32,000 bases of DNA from positions 750,001 to 782,000 of the forward strand of contig NC_000854.2 of assembly GCF_000011125.1 (NCBI RefSeq), in the 5' to 3' direction. The notes beneath the pieces were generated by a model. That model worked only from the letters and a program-made list of their open reading frames with translations, searched no databases and was not told the origin of the DNA. The translations under genes and the position numbers were made by a program. Source of the DNA: Aeropyrum pernix K1. Its GTDB lineage: Archaea > Thermoproteota > Thermoprotei_A > Sulfolobales > Acidilobaceae. Positions 1 to 9,591 of the stretch are shown piece by piece. How positions within the stretch are numbered: the stretch's first letter is position 1; each line of letters opens with the position of its first letter.

Positions 1-2
1 CG

Positions 3-650
3 GCGGCCCTAGTTGCACAGGTGATCTCGTCAGCTACTGCCCTCATTGCTTGGCGCTCCCATGGGGCCAAGCCTCCCTCAACTGATGTTCTATTAGTTTT
101 GATAGCGTCGTCCCTTGCTGGCGTTGTTTTGGGATCCGTGTTCATGAGTCTACTTGGCGATGCAGAAGCTCTAGCCATATACACGGTAGCCCTGGCAGGT
201 ATCGCCACACTCTACATGGCCACTGCAACAGACAGCTATAGTCTGGAGGTTAGGAGGCTAGGTAGGAGACCCATCACCATTCTAGGGGGCTTCCTGGGAG
301 GCCTTTCAAAGGCTCTCTCAGGCGGCGGTTTCAGCCCCATATTGGTGGCGTCCCAAAGGGTCTCGGGAGTCGACTACAAGGCGTCCCTCGTGGCCATACC
401 ACTTGTGAAGCCTCTCGCATTCTTGGCTGCCGCAGTGATATACTCTTGGGCGGGTTACATGGAGCCTTATACCGCGGCCTCGCTCACGGCCGGGAGCATA
501 CTCGGCTCCCTGTTAGCCCCCAGGCTGTCACGCTTAATACCACGACGGTGGGCCCACGCCCTAGTAGGCCTAGCCTTGGCTGCCGCTATGTTGAAAGCTG
601 TCTACAGGCTCACGCTTGAGTATGGGGTGCTCGGTCGGGTTGGTTTCTAG
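3..650 (+). CDS. TauE/SafE (DUF81)-type sulfite/anion exporter family membrane protein, 5'-partial
   Basis: The reading frame is open to the window edge (no in-frame stop between nt 3 and the GTG at 21). The protein is polytopic and hydrophobic, with the glycine-rich LSGGGFSPILV motif typical of TauE/SafE. It overlaps the start of sat. Confidence 0.65.
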   Translation, partial: AALVAQVISSATALIAWRSHGAKPPSTDVLLVLIASSLAGVVLGSVFMSLLGDAEALAIYTVALAGIATLYMATATDSYSLEVRRLGRRPITILGGFLGGLSKALSGGGFSPILVASQRVSGVDYKASLVAIPLVKPLAFLAAAVIYSWAGYMEPYTAASLTAGSILGSLLAPRLSRLIPRRWAHALVGLALAAAMLKAVYRLTLEYGVLGRVGF

Positions 651-1791
651 GCCTCATGGAGGGAGGCTGGTAAGGAGGGTTTTAAGCGGTAGGAGGAGGG
701 AGATTTTCGAGTCACAGTATAGGGAGATGCCTAGGCTTGAGGTGCCTCTGGAGAGGGCTATCGACGCTGAGGACCTCGCCCGGGGGGTTTTCAGCCCTCT
801 CGAGGGCTTTATGGTCGAGGACGACTACCTGAGTGTTCTGAGCCGTATGAGGCTATCTAACGATCTGCCATGGACCATACCTATAGTGCTTGACGCCAAT
901 AGGGAGTGGGTTTTAAACGAGGGTGTTTCAGCGGGGGACGATATCATACTCACCTATCATGGGCTCCCGATTGCGGTATTGACGCTTGAGGACATATACT
1001 CCTGGGATAAGGGGCTTCACGCCGAGAAGGTCTTCAAAACACGTGACCCAAACCATCCTGGAGTGGAGGCGACCTACAAGAGGGGCGACATACTACTGGG
1101 AGGCAGGCTGGAGCTCATCCAAGGTCCTCCCAACCCCCTGGAGAGGTACACACTCTGGCCTGTCGAGACTAGGGTCCTCTTCAAGGAGAAGGGGTGGAGG
1201 ACGGTAGCAGCATTCCAGACAAGAAACGTACCTCACTTGGGCCACGAGTATGTTCAGAAGGCTGCTTTGACTTTCGTGGACGGGCTGCTGGTGCACCCTC
1301 TGGCTGGGTGGAAGAAGAGGGGAGACTATAGGGACGAGGTCATAATAAGGGCTTACGAGGCGCTGATAACACACTACTACCCCCGGGGTGTCGTCGTCCT
1401 CTCCGTCCTGCGGATGAACATGAACTACGCAGGCCCCCGGGAGGCGGTGCACCACGCCATAGTTAGGAAGAACTTCGGCGCCACACACTTCATCGTGGGC
1501 CGCGACCATGCGGGGGTCGGGAGCTACTACGGCCCCTACGAGGCGTGGGAGATCTTCCGAGAGTTCCCCGACCTAGGTATAACACCACTCTTCGTACGGG
1601 AGGCCTACTACTGTAGGAGGTGCGGTGGCATGGTTAATGAGAAGGTCTGCCCCCATGGGGACGAGTATAGGGTGAGGATAAGCGGGACAAGATTGAGGGA
1701 GATGCTGGGCAGGGGCGAGAGGCCGCCTGAGTATATGATGAGACCTGAGGTTGCCGACGCGATAATATCCCATCCCGATCCGTTCATATAA
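622..1791 (+). CDS. sat: Sulfate adenylyltransferase (ATP sulfurylase)
   Basis: Carries the QTRNVPHLGHE and GRDHAG ATP-sulfurylase signatures and an N-terminal RPHGGRL motif. The C-terminus has a CRRCGGMVNEKVCPHG Cys/His cluster. The first ATG is at 622; the track start at 616 is TTG. Confidence 0.93.
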   Translation: MGCSVGLVSRPHGGRLVRRVLSGRRREIFESQYREMPRLEVPLERAIDAEDLARGVFSPLEGFMVEDDYLSVLSRMRLSNDLPWTIPIVLDANREWVLNEGVSAGDDIILTYHGLPIAVLTLEDIYSWDKGLHAEKVFKTRDPNHPGVEATYKRGDILLGGRLELIQGPPNPLERYTLWPVETRVLFKEKGWRTVAAFQTRNVPHLGHEYVQKAALTFVDGLLVHPLAGWKKRGDYRDEVIIRAYEALITHYYPRGVVVLSVLRMNMNYAGPREAVHHAIVRKNFGATHFIVGRDHAGVGSYYGPYEAWEIFREFPDLGITPLFVREAYYCRRCGGMVNEKVCPHGDEYRVRISGTRLREMLGRGERPPEYMMRPEVADAIISHPDPFI

Positions 1792-1815
1792 TAAACCGTA
1801 GGCTGTAGGAGACCA

Positions 1816-3192
1816 CTATACTGCCCCCCTCCCTCTATCCTTCATATGTGACTCGAGGCCGTAGTGGGCTAGTATAATCTCTTTAACCCTTTGTATAGGT
1901 ACGGTACTATCTTTCACGGCCTCCTTTAGTACGTCTGCATTCCCTCCTATGATGCCGTGCCAGTCGTGGACGGCGTCGTCGGGGCCTCTATCGTTTTCCT
2001 CCAGATACGTGCTGGGCCAGCCTATGGTGCCCGCGGGTCTCCAGCTCAGGTTGTCGAGGTATACCATGAGGTCTGGTGCGTCTCCACGGACCTCCGGGTA
2101 GAGCTCGCTGGGGTGGTAGGCCTTGTTCTCCCACCTCTCGCCGTTGGGCCCTCTTATCTTCTCTATATCCCTCTTCAGCTGCTCCACAACGCTCCAATAC
2201 TCCTCCCGCCCTACTATGCCCCGAGGTTCTCTTCCCTTGAGGTTTATGTAAACCCTCGAGTAGTAGCCGCCCCAGGCCCACGCCATGGTCCTATCCCAGT
2301 CTATCATGCTAGCCTCTAGATCTGCTCCCGGCCTCTTCGGCTCCTCCTTCAGACTTAGGTATCCCTCCTCCTCTAGCCACTGGTTTATGGCGAAGGCCCC
2401 CTTCATAGCCTTGGCCCCGTGATCGGAGACGACTATCACGTCTGTATCACCCGGTAGGGACTCTAGAAGCTGGCCTATGTGCTTGTCGACCAGGCTATAA
2501 TATTCTGGTAGAACATTCTCGTAGGGATTGCCCTCACCAGGGTATCTCGGGTGCTCTGGATCCCAGTATTTCCAGAAGGCGTGATGCACCCTGTCAGTGC
2601 CAATGTGCATGTACATGGCGAAATCCCACGGCTTACTGCTTAGTAGGTATTTGACTACCTTGAACTGTGTCTTGGCGAGCCTCCACAAACTCTTCCTAAC
2701 GCTTTCCTTATCTTCGACTCTATATTTAACATCGAAGACATAGTCGCCTCCGCTTGCCTTGAGAATCTCTCTTTTCAGACCGGGAGGCCAAGCGAAAGCC
2801 CCATCAACGCCGGGAGTTAGAAAACAAGAGACGAACCAACCCCTGACACGTCTAGCTGGATACCCGGGGGGAACTCCTATAACAAGACTCCTTAAACCCA
2901 GCCGCAATCCCAGGTCATCCCAAACCCAACCTTCCGCGATGCTGCGGCTTGTCACCACGTAGCTAGTACCGACGTCTCCAGGCCTCCTATGACGGAAACC
3001 GTAAACCCCAAGCTCTCCGGCACTGCGGCCAGCAAGCATCACCCCCCACATGGGCACCGTAATGGGAGGGTGGCCAGAGAGAAGTTTGCCTTTTACGTTT
3101 AGTAGTGATTGAAGATTGGGGATGAGATCGCGGAACTTCTCTATGAGAAGAGGGGGTACGCTATCCAGCCCTATTACTAGTAGTTTTCTCAT
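1816..3192 (-). CDS. Alkaline-phosphatase-superfamily type I phosphodiesterase/nucleotide pyrophosphatase
   Basis: N-terminal VIGLDSV metal-binding Asp, ITVPMW candidate Thr nucleophile, VVSDHG and C-terminal HDWHG metal ligands. The gene is convergent with sat across a 24-nt gap. Confidence 0.8.
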   Translation of the reverse strand: MRKLLVIGLDSVPPLLIEKFRDLIPNLQSLLNVKGKLLSGHPPITVPMWGVMLAGRSAGELGVYGFRHRRPGDVGTSYVVTSRSIAEGWVWDDLGLRLGLRSLVIGVPPGYPARRVRGWFVSCFLTPGVDGAFAWPPGLKREILKASGGDYVFDVKYRVEDKESVRKSLWRLAKTQFKVVKYLLSSKPWDFAMYMHIGTDRVHHAFWKYWDPEHPRYPGEGNPYENVLPEYYSLVDKHIGQLLESLPGDTDVIVVSDHGAKAMKGAFAINQWLEEEGYLSLKEEPKRPGADLEASMIDWDRTMAWAWGGYYSRVYINLKGREPRGIVGREEYWSVVEQLKRDIEKIRGPNGERWENKAYHPSELYPEVRGDAPDLMVYLDNLSWRPAGTIGWPSTYLEENDRGPDDAVHDWHGIIGGNADVLKEAVKDSTVPIQRVKEIILAHYGLESHMKDRGRGAV

Positions 3193-3391
3193 TGAGTCTA
3201 CCCTATCTTGCTAATAGGGCCCATGACTGATATATCAATGTAGCTGGTTAAACTCGTTAATTTATGGTCAAACTTTCAAATAAAACCCGAAATATAGGAG
3301 ATATTTAACTAAAGAATAGAGACAAAAACTACTGGAAAGAGTATAAAAGCTAGAAACATGTATTAGCCTCTATTTCTCGGGTAGCTTAAGC

Positions 3392-4642
3392 TTGGCTGGG
3401 AGTGTTTTTGTTGTTCTTGCTGGCGGTAGGGGGGAGAGGCTTTGGCCTGTTAGTGAGACTAGGGCTAAGCCTCTCGTCCCTATCTTGGGGGAGCCTCTTG
3501 TTTGTAGGCATTTGAGGCTGGGTTTGGCTACGGGGTTGTTTGACGAGGCTGTTGTTCTCGTGGGCTATCGTGGTGGCGAGGTTGTTGAGGCTGTTAGGGC
3601 GTGTGGGTTCGGGGGTGTGAGGTTTGTGGAGCAGGGGGGTGCGCTGGGGACTGGGCATGCTGTGAGGCGGGTTTTGGAGGAGCTTGGTGGTGAGGGTGTG
3701 TTCACCTTTGTCTATGGTGACGTGTATCTGGACTCGAGGTTTTACGGGTTGCTGGCGTCTGCTGAGGCTCCCTCGGTGCTGGCGGGGTGGGTAGAGGATG
3801 CGAGGTGGTACGGGCTCCTGGATGTTGGGGATGGGCTTGTCCGGGGGGTTGTTGAGAAGCCCAGGGAGCCCCGGGGGGGCTGGGTTTTCCTGGGTGGTTT
3901 CAAGGTTGACGGCAGCTTCCTGGGCCTGCTGAGGGGGCTTGAGCCTAGCCCCAGGGGTGAGGTTGAGGTTACCGATGCGCTCGAGGCTCTCGCCCGGGAG
4001 GGTGTTCTCCGGGCTCTGGTGGGAGGGGAGGGGTGGGGCTGGGTTGACGTGGGGAGGCCTTGGGACGTTTTGAGGGCTAACCGGATGGCGTTCCACGACC
4101 CCCAGTTTAGCGGCGGGGTTGAGGGGGAGGTCCACTCCTCCGCGGTTCTCGAGGGGGATGTGGAGAGGATCTATATAGCCCGGGGCGCCAGGATCGGGGC
4201 TCACAGTGTGGTGGAAGGGCCGGCCTACATTGGCCCGGGGGCCCGTGTGGGGCCTGGGGCGCACGTCAGGGGTTACACGGTCTTGCTGGAGGGTGCTTAT
4301 GTGGGTTTTGCGAGCGAGGTCAAGGCCTCCGTGATTATGGAGGGTGCTAGGGCCCCCCACCTCAACTACGTTGGAGACAGTGTCGTGGGGGAGCATGTTA
4401 ACCTTGGTGCGGGCACTGTGACGGCTAACCTGAGGTTCGACGGGAGGAGTGTGAGGATGACGGTGAAGGGGGAGAGGGTTGACACTGGTTTGAGGAAGCT
4501 CGGCGCAGTCATAGGAGGCTACGCCCAGACCGGCATTAACGTGTCGATCATGCCGGGGGTGAGGATAGGGCCGAGGGCCCTGGTGTACCCCGGGTGTGTT
4601 GTGGGGAGGGATGTGGGGAGCGGGGAGGCCTTCAAATGCTAG
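3392..4642 (+). CDS. Sugar-1-phosphate nucleotidyltransferase fused to a left-handed beta-helix acyltransferase domain (archaeal GlmU/ST0452-like)
   Basis: N-terminal VVLAGGRGERLWPVSETRAKPLVPI is the G-x-G-x-R-L NTP-transferase signature. The C-terminal half contains imperfect hexapeptide repeats (IGxxxxVG...). TTG start. Lies upstream of glmS. Confidence 0.85.
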   Translation: MAGSVFVVLAGGRGERLWPVSETRAKPLVPILGEPLVCRHLRLGLATGLFDEAVVLVGYRGGEVVEAVRACGFGGVRFVEQGGALGTGHAVRRVLEELGGEGVFTFVYGDVYLDSRFYGLLASAEAPSVLAGWVEDARWYGLLDVGDGLVRGVVEKPREPRGGWVFLGGFKVDGSFLGLLRGLEPSPRGEVEVTDALEALAREGVLRALVGGEGWGWVDVGRPWDVLRANRMAFHDPQFSGGVEGEVHSSAVLEGDVERIYIARGARIGAHSVVEGPAYIGPGARVGPGAHVRGYTVLLEGAYVGFASEVKASVIMEGARAPHLNYVGDSVVGEHVNLGAGTVTANLRFDGRSVRMTVKGERVDTGLRKLGAVIGGYAQTGINVSIMPGVRIGPRALVYPGCVVGRDVGSGEAFKC

Positions 4643-4816
4643 GGGGCTAGGGAGTTGTTTGTATTTGGCATATTCAACCGTCCCGGTCTTTCCCTGGTGT
4701 TGGGGCCTATAACGTCTTGTAATGTCTTGTTTATGCAGGCTTAACCGTTATATAGATCCCCTGCCCCATAGTGTCAAAATGTAACAGCGTGAATGGGCAG
4801 GCTGGTGGCAGGAGTC

Positions 4817-6670
4817 TTGTGCGGCATCATAGGCCTGGCGTTCGCCGAGGGCAACAGCGTGGCGGGGGCGCTGGTCAGGGGGCTCAAGAGGCTCGAGTAC
4901 AGGGGCTACGACAGCATGGGGGTCGCGGTTATAGAGCCACCGGGGAGGCTTGTGGTGAGGAAGGCGGCGGGGAAGATAGGCGAAGTCGTCAGGAGGACTG
5001 GGGTGCTGAGCCTCAGGGGCAGGGTTGGCATAGGCCACACCCGGTGGGCGACCCACGGCCCGCCCAACGACGTGAACGCCCACCCCCACACCGACTGTGG
5101 GGGCAGGGTTGCGGTTGTGCATAACGGGGTGATAAGGAACTACGCCTCCCTCCGGCGGGAGCTGGAGGCGAGGGGGCATAGGCTTGTGAGCGAGACTGAT
5201 ACCGAGCTTGTGGCCCACCTTATCGAGGAGTATCTGGGGCGAGGCTACAGCTTCCTGGAGGCCCTCTCCCTGCTGGGCAGAGTGTTAAGGGGGAGCTACG
5301 CCCTCGCCCTCCTCCACCTGGGGGAGCCGGATAAGGTCTATTTCCTCAGGTATAAGAGCCCCCTGGTAGTCGGGCTGGGTGAGGGGGTAAACGCTGTCGC
5401 CAGCGACATAACGGCGGTGCTGGATGTCGCCAGGGACGTGATAGTGCTCGAGGACGGGGAGTTCGGCTGGATATCCCCCGAGGGTGTGGCCATCTACAGG
5501 CCGAGGGGTGACGGGGGGTTCGAGCCCCTCCCGCCGGGGGCTTTGGAGGAGAGGGTTAAGAGGGTTGAGTGGACCCCCGAGTCCGCGTCGAAGGCCGGCT
5601 ACCCCCACTTTATGCTGAAGGAGATTTACGAGCAGCCCCGGGCCCTGGCGGAGACTTTCGAGGGGATTATAGAGGATCCGGCGCTCTTGAGGGCCGCCGG
5701 GCTGGTGGCGGGGGCTGGGAGGCTGCTGATAGTGGGGGCTGGGACCAGCTTCCACGCCGGCCTAGTGGGCCACTACTACCTCTCCCGCCTGGCAGGCATA
5801 CTGGGCCACCCCGTGGTGGCCTCCGAGCACAAGGTCTACACCCCAGGGGTTGATGGCGAGACCGTTGTGGTGGCGGTGAGCCAGAGCGGGGAGACCTACG
5901 ACACCTTGGAGGCTGTGAGGGAGTGGAGGGGCCGGGGCGCAAGGGTTATAGGGGTCACCAACGTGGTTGGCAGCGCCCTGGACAGGGAGGCCGACGTGAC
6001 CCTCTACCTCCGGGCCGGGCCCGAGATAGGGGTGGCGGCGACCAAGACCTTCCTAGCTCAGACCATACTCCTCCAAACCCTCTCCATAGCGGCGGCTGGG
6101 GAGGCGGGTAGGCTCACCTCCGGGGAGACAAGGGAGCTCACCGGCGTCCTGGAGGGGGCGCCCGATGCTGCGAGGAGGGCTATTCTGGCGTCGGAGGGCG
6201 CCGCCAGGGAGGCTGCGTCGCTGCTGAAAGGGGCGGGCAGCATGTACATCATAGGCCGGGGGCTGGGTGGCAGGCTGGCTATGGAGGCTGCTTTGAAGGT
6301 GAAGGAGGTGTCCTACATACACGCGGAAGCCTACCCGGCGGGGGAGAGCAAGCACGGCCCCATAGCCCTGGTGGAGCCCGGGTTCAAGGTTTACGTGGTG
6401 GCGACGAGCGACTCACCCGAGGTTATGGGTAACGCGATAGAGATGAAGGCCCGGGGCGCCAGTGTAACTGTGGTGGCGCCCAGCGACCTGCAGCTCGATA
6501 CACCAGAGGGCATCGAGGTCCTCAAAATGCCCCCCACAGGGGGTGAGACGCTGCTCGACCCCTACTCCCTAACCCCCTACTTCCAGCTCCTAGCCTACCA
6601 CCTGGCGGTGGCGAGGGGCTACGACCCCGACAAGCCGAGGAACCTGGCTAAGACGGTCACAGTAGAGTAA
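4817..6670 (+). CDS. glmS: Glutamine--fructose-6-phosphate aminotransferase (isomerizing)
   Basis: CGIIG catalytic N-terminus, two SIS domains (VAVSQSGETYDT) and a C-terminal KPRNLAKTVTVE tail. I place the start at TTG 4817 so that Cys follows the initiator Met. The track ORF starts at ATG 4793. Confidence 0.95.
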   Translation: MCGIIGLAFAEGNSVAGALVRGLKRLEYRGYDSMGVAVIEPPGRLVVRKAAGKIGEVVRRTGVLSLRGRVGIGHTRWATHGPPNDVNAHPHTDCGGRVAVVHNGVIRNYASLRRELEARGHRLVSETDTELVAHLIEEYLGRGYSFLEALSLLGRVLRGSYALALLHLGEPDKVYFLRYKSPLVVGLGEGVNAVASDITAVLDVARDVIVLEDGEFGWISPEGVAIYRPRGDGGFEPLPPGALEERVKRVEWTPESASKAGYPHFMLKEIYEQPRALAETFEGIIEDPALLRAAGLVAGAGRLLIVGAGTSFHAGLVGHYYLSRLAGILGHPVVASEHKVYTPGVDGETVVVAVSQSGETYDTLEAVREWRGRGARVIGVTNVVGSALDREADVTLYLRAGPEIGVAATKTFLAQTILLQTLSIAAAGEAGRLTSGETRELTGVLEGAPDAARRAILASEGAAREAASLLKGAGSMYIIGRGLGGRLAMEAALKVKEVSYIHAEAYPAGESKHGPIALVEPGFKVYVVATSDSPEVMGNAIEMKARGASVTVVAPSDLQLDTPEGIEVLKMPPTGGETLLDPYSLTPYFQLLAYHLAVARGYDPDKPRNLAKTVTVE

Positions 6671-6712
6671 AGGCCCCCCTCCAGCCACCGGGATAAGGGG
6701 GGATGGAGCGGT

Positions 6713-7804
6713 TTGGAGGCCGTGGTCTTAGCTGGGGGTGTGGGGAAGAGGCTGCTGCCCCTAACCCGGGAGAGGCCGAAGCCCTACCTACCCCTTGCGG
6801 GTAAACCCCTCTACATGTACGCTGTGGAGCAGGTTGCAATGGTGAGGAGCCTGCTGGACAGGGCTGTCATGGTCACCCCTCCCGGCCACCCCACTCCCCC
6901 CGGGTCTCTGCCGAGCTGGCTCGACACGGTGGAGCAGCAGGGCGAGGGTGTGGAGGCGGGGTTGGCAACGGCGCTTAAGAGGCTGGGGGGTGGTGAGGAG
7001 GTTGTAGTCTCCTTCGTGGGCTATCTGGCCAGGCCCAACACCCTGGTTAGACACGTGCTGGACTTCTACAGCGTAACCCGGTACAAGCTGGTTCTAGCCC
7101 TCGCACCCGTGACCAGGGGTAGCGAAAGCTTCGGGTTTGTAGACGCCGACCCCTCCACCGGCAGGGTGCTGGGGTTCTCGGGCAGTAGGGAGGAGTGGAT
7201 GGCGGGCCGTGGAAGGGTGTTCGCCGGCGTACTGGCGGGCGACCCGGAGGCCCTGGAGGTCCTCGCTGGAGAGGGGTTTGTGGAGGGCATAAACACACTT
7301 GCCAGGAGGGGGCTGGTGGGGAGTGTGGTGTGGCCGGGTGAGTGGCTGGAGGTAGGCTATCCCTGCGACCTGCTGGAGGCGCCGAGGCTTGTGGTGGAGG
7401 CGTGGGCCGCTGTGATCTCGGCGAAGGCCCGGGTGGCGAGGTCCTCAGTAATCCAGGGAGGGGTCGTTATTGAGGAGGATGCCGAGGTGGGGGAGGGGGC
7501 GGTCGTAGAGGGGCCCGCCTACCTAGGCAGGGGCGCCGTTGTGGGTAGGAACAGCGTGGTGGGCCCCGGGGTCGTGCTGGAGGAGGGCGCAGTAGTGGGT
7601 GATCTCGTGTCGATAGAGAGGTCCGTCATGCTGGAGAGGGCTGAGGCATCGGGCCCCTCGAGGCTCGAGGGCGTTGTGATAGGCGACGGGGCGTACATAG
7701 CACCCCTCGCAGCAGCCACAAACCGGGAGGGCTGCACGGTAGTAGCGCCGAAGACGAGGTTAGGGCCTAGAGCAACGCTAGAACCCGGAAAAACATACAC
7801 CTAA
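6713..7804 (+). CDS. Second nucleotidyltransferase/left-handed beta-helix protein (paralog of 3392-4642)
   Basis: VVLAGGVGKRLLPLTRERPKPYLPLAGKPL NTP-transferase signature with a C-terminal hexapeptide-repeat region (VVIEEDAEVGEGAVVEGPAYLGRGAVVG). TTG start 42 nt after the glmS stop. Confidence 0.8.
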   Translation: MEAVVLAGGVGKRLLPLTRERPKPYLPLAGKPLYMYAVEQVAMVRSLLDRAVMVTPPGHPTPPGSLPSWLDTVEQQGEGVEAGLATALKRLGGGEEVVVSFVGYLARPNTLVRHVLDFYSVTRYKLVLALAPVTRGSESFGFVDADPSTGRVLGFSGSREEWMAGRGRVFAGVLAGDPEALEVLAGEGFVEGINTLARRGLVGSVVWPGEWLEVGYPCDLLEAPRLVVEAWAAVISAKARVARSSVIQGGVVIEEDAEVGEGAVVEGPAYLGRGAVVGRNSVVGPGVVLEEGAVVGDLVSIERSVMLERAEASGPSRLEGVVIGDGAYIAPLAAATNREGCTVVAPKTRLGPRATLEPGKTYT

Positions 7805-8004
7805 CAAGACGGAACACAGGCCGCCAACCCGGGTTCACCCTTAACTTCTATTTGCCGCTTGAGGTCCTCGCTCGCCACATTCACGAGAACAGAATCGTCC
7901 AGACTATACCAAAAGCAGAGGAACCGAATGATGTAGTTTCTTTTCCATATTTAGACTCCTACTCCTATTAACCTGAGCTCAATAGAGGCTCTGCCTCATG
8001 ACTC

Positions 8005-8241
8005 TTGTATGTCCTCCTAACTCTCCAAAATCGTTTCGCTTCTATCAAAAACAAGGATGAGGAGGTTCGTGTGTACAGAAGAGGACTCTACAATGTTTTG
8101 AGGAGATTAGGATTAGTGGAAGAGATCGATATAGAACAAAGGGATTTAGTAGTGCTTGATAAAACATTAGCTGACTTAACAGACGATGAATTTGAGCAGT
8201 TCTTAGAAGGTCTGAAACAAGTGCTGGCAAAACAAGAATGA
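8005..8241 (+). CDS. Hypothetical small acidic protein
   Basis: The only support is an ORF in the low-GC island. It has a TTG start (alternative GTG at 8071) and no recognisable motif. A TTTT follows the stop. Confidence 0.3.
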   Translation: MYVLLTLQNRFASIKNKDEEVRVYRRGLYNVLRRLGLVEEIDIEQRDLVVLDKTLADLTDDEFEQFLEGLKQVLAKQE

Positions 8242-8677
8242 GCTTTTATCCACAATGATTTAGTGATCTAGTAGTGGGACTGGAGAAAGATAGACTAGAC
8301 GCCGCGCACTGTTTTACTTTAGCCAAAGATATAAGTCTTTTTACTGCGAGGAGTTTGCCATCTACTGATGTTCGGAGGCCTATCTGTAATTTAAACTACT
8401 TGAAATGAGATGAAACTAGCTACATCACTGAGGATAAAGAATTTGTTAATGGAAAAACGGAAGTAGGGGCTCAGTCTAGTTGGGGGAGTATTAGCTTTAT
8501 TATATGGTATGTAGCGGTATCGGAGAGAGGAGGCGTTTTTGCTTTGCATTAGCTCTTATGGTGTCGGTGTCATAGCACTCTGAAAGTATCGCTGTCAACA
8601 AAGCTAGAAGGACTAGATAATTGAGAGAAGCTAGACAAAAGGTTTATAGAAGTAACAGCCAATAATGAGCCATCTTC

Positions 8678-9475
8678 TTAGAGTTTGACTAGTTTCACTG
8701 TTTCGACTGTTGCTTTTAGGAATTGGGAGAACCTAGTTACTGCGTGCGCTATTAATCGTGCCTCTTCTTCGGCTTCTATGCACGGGGCGATTCCTAGCGC
8801 CTGAGTCGCTGTTTTCTCTGTGACTTCCTCAGATTTTAGTAGGTGGAGTATAGGTGCATTTCCATGTATGATTTGGGATAGTAGTCTGTAGTCCTCTCTT
8901 AGACTTTCGACGATTTCACCTGCCAGCTTGTCATCTCCGACCATGAGTTTGAATGTGTCTTCGAGGCAGTCTACTGAGATTATGCATCTCTTTCGGCAGG
9001 CCTGCTCACTTCTCTCGCGACGGCTGAGGCGTCTTAGGTCTTCGAGCCCGAACATCTCAAGTCTTGTGTTCAATGGGAGGTCTCTGCAGCGGGGGTGGAA
9101 ATCTAGTATCAATGCTTTCTCCAGGTATTCCAAAGCTATCCTCAAAAGCACGTATGCCAGTTCGGATACGCACAAGAGCCCTACCGCTTGAACCCCTATT
9201 ACATACCTAGGCAGAATATTGTTGACATAAAACAGGTAGACCGAGTCTTCGCGACCCCAAGGCTTCTCCACCTGCAGCGCATCCTGGAACACCCCCCATA
9301 AATCCTCTAGGGCCTCAGCCAACAGCCTGATATGTTCACGGCTTCTCAAGGTGCCGCTATCCACGTTGTGTATCCAGCCCATCTGATCCAATACCATATG
9401 CTTAGCACTCTTCAGATTTTCTACCAGTATTACAAAGTAAGAATCATCCTTACGAAGATCGTCATCCTCTTTCAT
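8678..9475 (-). CDS. Hypothetical 265-aa helical protein, possible HEPN/Abi-like; paralog of the core of 11487-13202
   Basis: ATG start preceded by GGAGG. Contains AYVLLRIALEYLEKAL and YRLLSQIIHGN (R-x6-H). It is collinear with residues about 190-450 of the 571-aa protein. Confidence 0.7.
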   Translation of the reverse strand: MKEDDDLRKDDSYFVILVENLKSAKHMVLDQMGWIHNVDSGTLRSREHIRLLAEALEDLWGVFQDALQVEKPWGREDSVYLFYVNNILPRYVIGVQAVGLLCVSELAYVLLRIALEYLEKALILDFHPRCRDLPLNTRLEMFGLEDLRRLSRRERSEQACRKRCIISVDCLEDTFKLMVGDDKLAGEIVESLREDYRLLSQIIHGNAPILHLLKSEEVTEKTATQALGIAPCIEAEEEARLIAHAVTRFSQFLKATVETVKLVKL

Positions 9476-9591
9476 GCCTCCTACCCAGTATTTTGTATTT
9501 TACTCTGTAAACATCTAAATTAGTGTTTGCATAGTGGGAAGAAGACTAATACGCACATTCCACTATTTTCGTTGTTGACAGGTGACCTGCT

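Noticed and set aside
3386-4396. 336-aa minus-strand ORF antisense to the nucleotidyltransferase gene
   Set aside because: Its composition is Pro/Arg/Gly-rich and of low complexity, typical of shadow ORFs in high-GC DNA. The plus-strand frame has clear family motifs.
4643-4816. Structured leader or riboswitch upstream of glmS, including the GTCTTGT-AAT-GTCTTGT direct repeat
   Set aside because: The glmS ribozyme is a bacterial element and no matching core is visible. A 7-nt repeat alone is not informative, so I treat the region as an ordinary promoter and leader.
7926-7976. C/D-box sRNA-like pattern (AATGATGT ... CTGA about 45 nt apart)
   Set aside because: The C box deviates from RUGAUGA. 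I found no C'/D' boxes or terminal stem, so a chance match is likely.
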